Shown in pieces: positions 1 to 8,689 of a stretch of 64,000 nt of DNA. The stretch is from the IMG/VR virus record IMGVR_UViG_3300042988_001200, one strand, 5' to 3'. Source of the DNA: a virus. Lineage: Duplodnaviria; Caudoviricetes. Position 1 is the first letter of the stretch. Each line of letters opens with the position of its first letter. Made by a program: the position numbers and the translations under genes. Under the pieces are notes generated by a model that worked only from the letters and a program-made list of their open reading frames with translations, ran no database searches and had not been told where the DNA came from.

Positions 1-2
1 GG

Positions 3-3000
3 GTAGATACTCCAGAACCATATATCCCTACTTATGAAATCTATAACTCTATATATGAACAAGGTAACTCTATCCTTAATCAATATTCAATCTCTAAAGG
101 TTTAATCCCTATAGAGATATATGATAACTGCTATGAAACTTGTTATCAAACAGAGACTATAGAGTTAGATAGAGAGTATTCATTTGTTATAAATAAGTCC
201 ACTTGCTATGAAGAGGGGGTCTATGAGAATTGTTATACAGAGGGTTATTTTGTATATTGGCAGACTTCTTTTATATATGAAGAATCCTGCTATGACTCTT
301 GTACAGTTAATAGTTTATTTCCTTTATTCTTCTTTACTAGAAGACAGGATACATGGTTATTAGAAGATGTCTTTTGTAAGGATATAAATACACCTACTAG
401 ATATATAGATAATGATGGTCATCTTATTAATATTGAAGTATCTAGTTGTATAGATAAAGAACCATTACTCTGGAATGATGATTTATTAATAGACCAAGAC
501 TGGTTAGAGTCTGATGGTAGTAGCTGCTTTGATAACTGCTATGAAAAGAGATATTACTATTATGATGAGGATAGGTATGTATACCAAGAAGGAGTTTATG
601 AAAGTGGTGTATATACTAAAAGAGCTCTTCTAATGTCTCTTCCCTTTATGGATGTCCAATGTCCAACCTGTAATATATCTTCTAATTGTTTAGTATCTTT
701 CTTAGGGAATATTATTCTAGAGCATCATTATAATTTAGAGGTAAGGGGAATGACAAGAGTACAGGATTACTTATATAGTAAATCTAGACCTCTAGAGATA
801 TTAGATTCTTGTTGTACTAGACCCTATGTAGTTAATGACCAGCTCGTAAGGATTAATGGAGATGTTATAGAGATATTCCAAGAGGGTTTATTAAAAGATG
901 ATTATCTTTATTCATTAGATATTGGATACACTATAGAGAGTACCAATGAGTTTATCCCTATTCAATCTAATGTTCCTATATCCCTTAATGGTTTCTACTC
1001 TTTATCTAGCTATATACCAGAGGGGATTAAGACTTTAATTCTATATAAATCTAATTATTACTTTAAGAAGGAAGTAGTAAGATTCTATGGAGCTTCATCT
1101 TCTAATCAATTTCTTATTCAGGATTCTTTATCTTTATTTAATAGTGTAACTAATACAACTACTATTGAGGATATAAGTATATCTCTTATATTGTTACTAT
1201 TATCTTCTTATAAAGAGTCTAAACCTTGTTCTACAGTTATATCTTTTAAGTCTTTACATCCATATATAAAGTCAGTTATAGATAATAATCTAGACATTCT
1301 ATCTACATTAATTGATAACTCTAATGATAAAAGAAGGGGTTCTATACCTAAGCAAGTAAGGTCTAATACTAAGCCAGAACATATATATGATGATAGTTAT
1401 TATCTAGAAAAGAGGGTTATTACTTGTTATGAAGAGGGGGTTTATAGTAATAAATGCGACTTCTTATGGGATGAATCCTTGATTATTGGGGATGAAATGT
1501 ACTGTTTATCTAGTTGTTTTAAGGAATCTATACTGGATTTCTCTATTAATAGAGAGGTGGATAATAGGTCTATAGCCTGGTTATTACTTGCCTATCTAAC
1601 ATATACAGAGGTTATTAATACAAATAAATATCAGTCTTCTATTGATTTATTATATGAATATCTCATTTCAGAAATAGATTATACTAATAAATTTATATAT
1701 AAAGGTTACTCTCATTCTGATATATATAGTAATTCCACTAGGTTAGAACTGATAGATACTTCCACTAACATAGCTGTTTGTATAGCCCTACTAAAGCATT
1801 ATTCAGTAACATCTAACTCAATATCCCTACTTTATGCCTCTAAACTAAAGAGATATATCTATCAATACCTTTATTCTAGAGATGATAACTTATTCATGGA
1901 TGAAGGTTACTTTACTTTAGATAGTAATTTATATGGTCTATGGCTATCTTTAGAAGTTAATGAAGCCCCTGCTGTAGAGACTATATTAGACTTCTTTACA
2001 ACTAGTCTTAATGAAGTATCTACTAATGTATCTATAAAGATAGATACTATAGATAATGAAGATATTCTTTTATTAGATAACTCCTATATCTATACAAATA
2101 TAGAATCTATATCCTTAAGAAATAATATAAAGGTTAATAATCTTTTATACTATCTGTTTAACTACTCTTTACAACAAGGCTATACCCACTCCTTCTTTAT
2201 ATTTAAAGATACAAGTCTAGATAGTAATATAGGTATTGCTAGTTGTTTATCTGATAGTTTATTTGAACATGAGTTGTTTAGAACTTATGGATATGAAGAT
2301 ATAGAAGTTTTAGAGACTAGTGAAGCTCTAATAGAAAATAGATTAAGGGATATGATGCCTATAGGATTTGACTGGTTTAGTAGAGAATCTTTAACTAGAC
2401 AAGGAAATATAGGTAATCTCTTAGGCTCTGTAAGTGGAAGTTTAGCTCTTAATAATGTTTCTATAAAGAGAATAAAGGATTCTATATCTTTAACTAATAG
2501 TAGGACTTATTCTATTAAGAGATGGGAACAGGATTTGAAAATGGTTAGATGGGAGTCTGAGACCTATACAGAATACAAGGATAGAGTGAGAAAGTTTATA
2601 AATAAGCCGTATATTATAAATCAAGCTATTCCTTATTTATTAAGTTTATATAAAATTGATGTAAAAAAACAATGGGATTGGAGTAGTAATATTACAAATA
2701 AATATAATTCTTTGTTCTTCTCTACTTCTAATGCTTATATTCAAGAAACAGATACAGTTATTAACACTCATATACTAGTAGTTAATTTCCCTATAACTCC
2801 CTCTCTTTATAGGTCTATAGAAGAGGTTAAACCTATAGGAACAAAGGTTATATTTGATTGGCAGTTAGATATAGAAACTTGTTTAATAGAACAAGAGTTA
2901 GAACCCTCTATAGTAGACCTTTCTACTGTTCAGAGAATACCTTCTTATTTCATAAATGAAGTATGTTGTAGTAGTAATAGTTGTAGAGTCTTAATGAAGA

Positions 3001-3128
3001 TAGAACTAGAGTTTGCTGTTCCCTACCCTCTTTATTTAAATAAGGATTCTATTCTAGGTCTAGAACAAGAAAGTGATAATCTAACTATTATAAGGGCTAA
3101 TAATCTTTATAGTTATTTTTATAAGTAA
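3..3128 (+). CDS. Baseplate wedge-like virion protein (C-terminal Mu gp48/YmfQ/P2 gpI-like region) with a central alpha/alpha-toroid-like region; 5'-truncated
   Basis: The frame is open without stops from base 3 (VDTPEPYIPT...) into the tracked ATG at 633, so the gene starts before the window (at least 1041 aa). The C-terminal IENRLRDMMPIGFDWFS...RWEQDLKMVRWESETYTEYKDRV resembles wedge proteins. It lies directly upstream of baseplate and DUF4815 genes. Confidence 0.6.
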   Translation, partial: VDTPEPYIPTYEIYNSIYEQGNSILNQYSISKGLIPIEIYDNCYETCYQTETIELDREYSFVINKSTCYEEGVYENCYTEGYFVYWQTSFIYEESCYDSCTVNSLFPLFFFTRRQDTWLLEDVFCKDINTPTRYIDNDGHLINIEVSSCIDKEPLLWNDDLLIDQDWLESDGSSCFDNCYEKRYYYYDEDRYVYQEGVYESGVYTKRALLMSLPFMDVQCPTCNISSNCLVSFLGNIILEHHYNLEVRGMTRVQDYLYSKSRPLEILDSCCTRPYVVNDQLVRINGDVIEIFQEGLLKDDYLYSLDIGYTIESTNEFIPIQSNVPISLNGFYSLSSYIPEGIKTLILYKSNYYFKKEVVRFYGASSSNQFLIQDSLSLFNSVTNTTTIEDISISLILLLLSSYKESKPCSTVISFKSLHPYIKSVIDNNLDILSTLIDNSNDKRRGSIPKQVRSNTKPEHIYDDSYYLEKRVITCYEEGVYSNKCDFLWDESLIIGDEMYCLSSCFKESILDFSINREVDNRSIAWLLLAYLTYTEVINTNKYQSSIDLLYEYLISEIDYTNKFIYKGYSHSDIYSNSTRLELIDTSTNIAVCIALLKHYSVTSNSISLLYASKLKRYIYQYLYSRDDNLFMDEGYFTLDSNLYGLWLSLEVNEAPAVETILDFFTTSLNEVSTNVSIKIDTIDNEDILLLDNSYIYTNIESISLRNNIKVNNLLYYLFNYSLQQGYTHSFFIFKDTSLDSNIGIASCLSDSLFEHELFRTYGYEDIEVLETSEALIENRLRDMMPIGFDWFSRESLTRQGNIGNLLGSVSGSLALNNVSIKRIKDSISLTNSRTYSIKRWEQDLKMVRWESETYTEYKDRVRKFINKPYIINQAIPYLLSLYKIDVKKQWDWSSNITNKYNSLFFSTSNAYIQETDTVINTHILVVNFPITPSLYRSIEEVKPIGTKVIFDWQLDIETCLIEQELEPSIVDLSTVQRIPSYFINEVCCSSNSCRVLMKIELEFAVPYPLYLNKDSILGLEQESDNLTIIRANNLYSYFYK

Positions 3129-3166
3129 TATTTATTTATAATATTATTAACCTATAAAAAGTTAAT

Positions 3167-4273
3167 ATGTTTGATTTAATAATTGTAGGGGCTGGACCTA
3201 GGGGTATAGGTTTAGCCCTTCAAGCTATAGAGAGAAGTTTATCTGTACTAATAATAGACCCAGAACCTTTATCTACTTGGAGGAATATCCCAATAGATAT
3301 AAATATGAGAAGTCCTATAGGATTTGATTTAGTATCCTTTATGCCAGAGTATAGACAATATAGTTTATCAACTTATCTAGGTTCTTATCAAGAGTTTAAT
3401 AATCAAGAGGATATAGAAAGGTCTACGAGTGTAGTAACTAGACAGCACTTTATTAACTATATGGAGTTTATGTGGAGTAGAGTTTTATCTATATGTAGTT
3501 ATAAACAGGACAAGGTTATTAACATATGGCCTAATAAAGTTATGACTACTAAGGAAGTATATAGAGGTAAGAATGTGGTTATAGCCTATTCCCCTATTAA
3601 GGCTAAGAACCCTAATTGGTTGAATCTAGAGTTAAAGAGAAAGCTAGTTACTGCTAAGGATATAGATTCTATAAATAACTCTCTTATCTGGGTTATAGGT
3701 AGTGGACAAAGTGCCGCAGAGTATGTTTATTCTTTATGTTCTAAAGGTAATACAGTCTATTGGTTTAATAAGAAAACTCCTAGAGTAGACCAGTACCCTG
3801 CGCCTAGTTATAATCATTGGGGTTATAAGAGTGCTCTAGGCCCTTACTATAGGAGTATTAAAGAGAATAAGGAGGCAGCTATGAGATATATGAAGGATAT
3901 AAAGAGATGGCAACCATCTATTACTCCAGATATAGATACTAAGTTATCTACAGTTAAAGATAGATATAAGGTTATACTAGATAACCCCTCTTCTATAGAG
4001 GTAAATATGGATTATATTTTTCTATGTAATGGAGTTAACTCTAGTGTTGATTTAGTACCATTAGCCTTACCAGTAGATAGACATATTTATAACAATGATT
4101 TACCTCTTTTACATACAGGATTTAGAAGCTCCTTATCTAACGAAAGGAGTGGAGGGAAGGGGGGTTATATCTTTACAGGGTTACTGGCTTCTTTATATGA
4201 TGGACCTAGGCAAGGAAGTTTAATCTCTATAGGGTTAACATCTAAAGAGATATTAGATAATATTAATTTATAA
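3167..4273 (+). CDS. FAD/NAD(P)H-dependent oxidoreductase, lysine/ornithine N-monooxygenase (IucD/SidA/PvdA)-like
   Basis: N-terminal FAD Rossmann motif DLIIVGAGPRG, an MRSP motif, a second dinucleotide motif WVIGSGQSAAE, and C-terminal FTGLLASLYDGP. Confidence 0.8.
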   Translation: MFDLIIVGAGPRGIGLALQAIERSLSVLIIDPEPLSTWRNIPIDINMRSPIGFDLVSFMPEYRQYSLSTYLGSYQEFNNQEDIERSTSVVTRQHFINYMEFMWSRVLSICSYKQDKVINIWPNKVMTTKEVYRGKNVVIAYSPIKAKNPNWLNLELKRKLVTAKDIDSINNSLIWVIGSGQSAAEYVYSLCSKGNTVYWFNKKTPRVDQYPAPSYNHWGYKSALGPYYRSIKENKEAAMRYMKDIKRWQPSITPDIDTKLSTVKDRYKVILDNPSSIEVNMDYIFLCNGVNSSVDLVPLALPVDRHIYNNDLPLLHTGFRSSLSNERSGGKGGYIFTGLLASLYDGPRQGSLISIGLTSKEILDNINL

Positions 4274-4277
4274 ATCT

Positions 4278-4781
4278 ATGGATAAGTATGAGTTTAACTT
4301 AAGAGATACTACCACTTATATATCTAGATATAAGAGGTTATTAGTTTATTTAGAGGGTTCCCCTAGTTTTTATATAGGAATAGGTTATTCTTCTGAGGCT
4401 AATAGTATTAACCCTTCTGAGAGTTTAGAGGATATAAAGGGGTTAATAGGTATAAGAAAGATTAATAAATTAATTCTAGTAAAAGAATCTTCCTGTGGTT
4501 CATATAAGATAAATAATAGATTATGGGAAGAGGATAATACTAAACCTACACATCTTTATATCAATGCTTTTATTAATAGAGATGACTTTAACTTCTCTTT
4601 CTTTAATATTATTGGTATTATAAGTAATCCTATTTTTAATGTAGAAAATAATAAGGATATCTATACTTCTTTAGAAGTTGTTAATCCAGGTATACTTCAT
4701 TGGGTGGCTTATATGACTACTATTTCTAGATTAGAAATAACTTATAAATTACCAGAACTTAATCTTTTAATTAAAATATAA
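4278..4781 (+). CDS. Baseplate protein (phage K/Twort-type, precedes the DUF4815 gene)
   Basis: FYIGIG...LEDIKGLIGIRKINKLILVKE...NRLW...HLYINAFI...GILHW resembles herellevirus-type baseplate proteins as recalled. Size and position before DUF4815 are consistent. Confidence 0.6.
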   Translation: MDKYEFNLRDTTTYISRYKRLLVYLEGSPSFYIGIGYSSEANSINPSESLEDIKGLIGIRKINKLILVKESSCGSYKINNRLWEEDNTKPTHLYINAFINRDDFNFSFFNIIGIISNPIFNVENNKDIYTSLEVVNPGILHWVAYMTTISRLEITYKLPELNLLIKI

Positions 4782-4783
4782 TT

Positions 4784-7700
4784 ATGAACTTATATAAGTA
4801 TAAAGAGAACTCTTTATATAAAGATAGATTTACTCCTGATTCTAATTGGTTAAAGGTTCTATTTACTCCTGGAAGACCTGTTCAAAGTGCTGAACTTATA
4901 GAGCTTCAATCTATTATTAGACATAGTTATAAGCTAGGGATGGATAAGGTTCTAGGAGCTTTATCTATAGTTCAAGGTCTGAACTATACTCTTTCTATAG
5001 AGGAAGACACCACTTTTATATCTATATCAGAAGGAATAATATATACAGAAGGCTCTTTTATACCAGTTAAATCTAAGGATTTAGAGTTTAGTCTTAATGA
5101 AGAGGTCTCTATTGGAGTTTTATTAAATGAAGTTATTATTACAGAGAATGAAGATAACTCTCTTAAATCTAACCATCCTTATGGTTTACCAGGAGCCCAT
5201 AGACTAGTTTGGGAAGGAGATATCACTCTTAATAATCCCTTATCCTTTGAGATATATAGATATGAGAAGGGAGAAATAATTCAATCTAATAATTATCCCT
5301 TTAAAGAATTACTATCTGAGATATCTACTTTTATAGATTCTATATATGGTTCCTTCCTTTTATATGGATTAAAAACCTCTTTTATCTCTACACAAGAACC
5401 CTTATCTGAATCTATTACTGTAGATAACTCTAGCCTTATATCTGATATAAACTCGATTGAATCTCAAATATCCTCTTTGAAGATAAGGAAGAGAGACCTG
5501 GAATCCTCTATTAATCAACTAATATCAAGTAACTTATCTAGTAATTTAATCCTAGCTGAGACCTATATTCAACAACTAAGAGAGGCTAATCAAGAAGAAA
5601 CTACCCTTTCTAACTCTCTATTAGAAAAGAGAATAGCTTTATCTAGATTAATAGAGCGTAATCCTATTAACTCTAGGAGTATAGTTAATTTATCTATTAG
5701 TCCAGGTTCAGCTTTTGTAAAAGGATATAAAACTATTAAACCATACCCATCCCTTATTCAATATCCTTATTCTATAGAGACTAAAGAGGTTAAAGGAGCT
5801 AGGTTTATTAATAGCTCAACCTATATTCCATCTAAGTTATCTCTTATACCTTCTATAGATTATGCAACTATAAAGGCAGCTTCTATTAATATATCTATTA
5901 AGTTTAATCAAATTATATTTAATAATCAGCTTGTAGATGTTGTTATACAAGCAAATACATCTTCTTTTTTATCTATAGAAGATATTATTAATAGCATAAG
6001 TGCTTTTGAATTAAGCTCTTTAACCCTTACTTCTACAGTATTGAATCAGGCTAATATTTCCTTATCTCCTATAGAAATAAAACAATTATTATCTCTTAAC
6101 TTTAATATTACAAAGACTAACTCTAATTCTATAACTATTCAAATAAAGGATTCAAGCTCTAGAACTTCTATTAGATTAGATACTTATTCTAGTTCTCAGT
6201 ATTTATCTTGGAGTCAATCTACTAGTTTTAGTTCTATTAGTAATATAAATAGATATCTATTACCTAGTGTAAATGTTAGTAAGATAACTAGAATAGTAGG
6301 AGAGTTAAAAGCTGATGGCTATAGATTAACTAGAGGGGAGTCTAATAGAGATTTTCTAGGAGAGGATTCTATATTCTCTTTACTATTAGTTTATCAGGAT
6401 AATACTATTTATATTCCAGGAGTGGATTATCGATTAGATACTCAACAATATATTAATTGGATAGGTAATAAACCTCAACCCGGAGATTCTTATTATGTAA
6501 ATTATATGTATACAGAAGAATTATCAAAAGATGAGTATTCTATATCTAATAATGAAATATTAATTAATATCCCTATTCCCCCCGGTTATGGGTTTGAAGT
6601 AGATTATCTCTATTCCATAGATAAGAAACTAACTGTAACTATAGATACTAATTCAGATATAGAAATCTATGAGACTTCTATACCGGAAGGGGTTCTCTCT
6701 CTATCTAATGTCTATATAAAAGGGAAGGAAGTAGAAGTAGTTGAACTAGATAATAAAATTCCTTCTCTATCAGATATATATTTATTATCTCAACAAGTAG
6801 ACCAACATACTAATCTTCTTAATACTCTTTTATCTAATCAAGAACAATATCTTGATAATCAAGAGAATAACCTATTGGCAACTTGGAATATAGATTTATC
6901 TACTTTTAATGATATTGATATAGATTTAACTACAGGGGCTATAGATGTATTTATTAAATCTTTTAATCCTTCATTTAGAACAAAAGAGATATCTATATTA
7001 GCTAATGACTGTTACAAGGATAAATTAAATCTATGTAAGTTCTACACTTTACCTTTTATATCTATACCTTTTATATCTAATAATAGAGCTACTAGGTATA
7101 TATCTAGTTATGGCTATAGTAATATATCTACTTATATTTATCCAGCTTTTCTATGGGCTAATAATGATAGTTCTTATCCTTATCTTGCTAATAATGAAAA
7201 TGTAGAGGGGGAAATAACCTGTTCTATATATAAGGAAATGAATGAAATATTAGATTCTATAGATAGTAAATACTCTGTAGATACTTATAATCCTTTAGGT
7301 AATATAGTTCCAATAGAGTATACCTTTTACCTTTTAGTAGAAGGCTTATTAACATATGAAGATGGAATAACTATTCTTTTTGATTCTAAATCTATACCTT
7401 CTATTAATCTTATTAAAGGTTCTGTAATTAATAATATATTAAGAGCTGATGTTAATGGCGTTATATACCTATCTTTACTTATATCTATACCCCAGCCTGG
7501 TAATTATTTAATATCTATATTTAACTCTAGATTTAATAAATCTATTAATTTACCTATATACAATAGTTATGAGTTACCTATATATAACAATTTAAGTAAG
7601 TATGATTATAGAAGTAGAAAGAGAGAGATAGAAATTAATAATGAGGGAGTTACTACTTCTTTTAGTGCTATAAATCAATACTTTAATACAACTAGGGACT

Positions 7701-8689
7701 TCTTTATAACTAAACTAGAACTTAGATTAAGAGAAATTGGTAACAATAATTTAATAGTTGGTATAGATAAACTAGGTCTAAATAGTATTCCAGAATTAAG
7801 GTTAGTGGAATCTAAACCTAATGATTATTATTACTCAAACGACTCTTCTGCTATTACAACTACAGAATTTCTATATCCTACTTTGATAAATAAAGGAGAT
7901 TATTCTATTGGAATAGATGGAGAAGAATATAAATTATACGCTTCTTTTAATCAAGAGAAGGATTATCTTACTGGTTCTTTATTTAACTCCTATAGTTTAT
8001 TATCTCAAGATAGGTTATTTATTAGTAAAGATGGTAAATCTACTAGTGAATTATTATATACTAATCTCTCTTATCAAATATATAGAGCCGAGTTTATAGT
8101 AGGTTCTAGTGTATATATTCCTTTAGGGGTCTACGGTTTATCTAATGGATTTACTAATATAAGTCATTTTTCTTATAATACTAAGGATATAGTACCCCCA
8201 GGAACCCTTATTCAATATGAATATAAAACAAGTTCAGATTGGATTCCCTTTAAATCTAATACTATAACTAGACTTATTTCCATAGCTCCTTCTATAGAGT
8301 TAAGAGTTTTAATTAATTCATCTTCTTCCTTTGTATCTCCAATAGTAAATATAGAAGGTTCTACTATAGCTTTATACTCCGATAATTCTACTTATAAGTT
8401 ATATACAGAGAGCAAATCCTTTCCCTTTACCTTTAATAAAGTTGTAGTTAAAGTAGATATATATAACAAGAAGGATGAAGATACTTTATCTTTATATAAC
8501 TTAAAGACATTAAATAATGAGATTCAGTCTCTTCAATTTGTATCTTCTATTAATAGAAATACCTATATAACCAGTGAGTATAAGCTGGAACAAGGTTCTT
8601 TAGATACTCTAAATCTAGTTTTTGATTGTTATTCCCCTGGTATTGATAAGTTAATCCTAAGAAATATAAGAGTATATATATATGGATAA
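4784..8689 (+). CDS. DUF4815-family large tail/baseplate adsorption protein
   Basis: N-terminal YKDRFTPDSNWLKVLFTPGRPVQSAELIELQSII matches the DUF4815 signature; also ISPGSAFVKGY and GAHRL motifs; 1301 aa. Confidence 0.85.
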   Translation: MNLYKYKENSLYKDRFTPDSNWLKVLFTPGRPVQSAELIELQSIIRHSYKLGMDKVLGALSIVQGLNYTLSIEEDTTFISISEGIIYTEGSFIPVKSKDLEFSLNEEVSIGVLLNEVIITENEDNSLKSNHPYGLPGAHRLVWEGDITLNNPLSFEIYRYEKGEIIQSNNYPFKELLSEISTFIDSIYGSFLLYGLKTSFISTQEPLSESITVDNSSLISDINSIESQISSLKIRKRDLESSINQLISSNLSSNLILAETYIQQLREANQEETTLSNSLLEKRIALSRLIERNPINSRSIVNLSISPGSAFVKGYKTIKPYPSLIQYPYSIETKEVKGARFINSSTYIPSKLSLIPSIDYATIKAASINISIKFNQIIFNNQLVDVVIQANTSSFLSIEDIINSISAFELSSLTLTSTVLNQANISLSPIEIKQLLSLNFNITKTNSNSITIQIKDSSSRTSIRLDTYSSSQYLSWSQSTSFSSISNINRYLLPSVNVSKITRIVGELKADGYRLTRGESNRDFLGEDSIFSLLLVYQDNTIYIPGVDYRLDTQQYINWIGNKPQPGDSYYVNYMYTEELSKDEYSISNNEILINIPIPPGYGFEVDYLYSIDKKLTVTIDTNSDIEIYETSIPEGVLSLSNVYIKGKEVEVVELDNKIPSLSDIYLLSQQVDQHTNLLNTLLSNQEQYLDNQENNLLATWNIDLSTFNDIDIDLTTGAIDVFIKSFNPSFRTKEISILANDCYKDKLNLCKFYTLPFISIPFISNNRATRYISSYGYSNISTYIYPAFLWANNDSSYPYLANNENVEGEITCSIYKEMNEILDSIDSKYSVDTYNPLGNIVPIEYTFYLLVEGLLTYEDGITILFDSKSIPSINLIKGSVINNILRADVNGVIYLSLLISIPQPGNYLISIFNSRFNKSINLPIYNSYELPIYNNLSKYDYRSRKREIEINNEGVTTSFSAINQYFNTTRDFFITKLELRLREIGNNNLIVGIDKLGLNSIPELRLVESKPNDYYYSNDSSAITTTEFLYPTLINKGDYSIGIDGEEYKLYASFNQEKDYLTGSLFNSYSLLSQDRLFISKDGKSTSELLYTNLSYQIYRAEFIVGSSVYIPLGVYGLSNGFTNISHFSYNTKDIVPPGTLIQYEYKTSSDWIPFKSNTITRLISIAPSIELRVLINSSSSFVSPIVNIEGSTIALYSDNSTYKLYTESKSFPFTFNKVVVKVDIYNKKDEDTLSLYNLKTLNNEIQSLQFVSSINRNTYITSEYKLEQGSLDTLNLVFDCYSPGIDKLILRNIRVYIYG

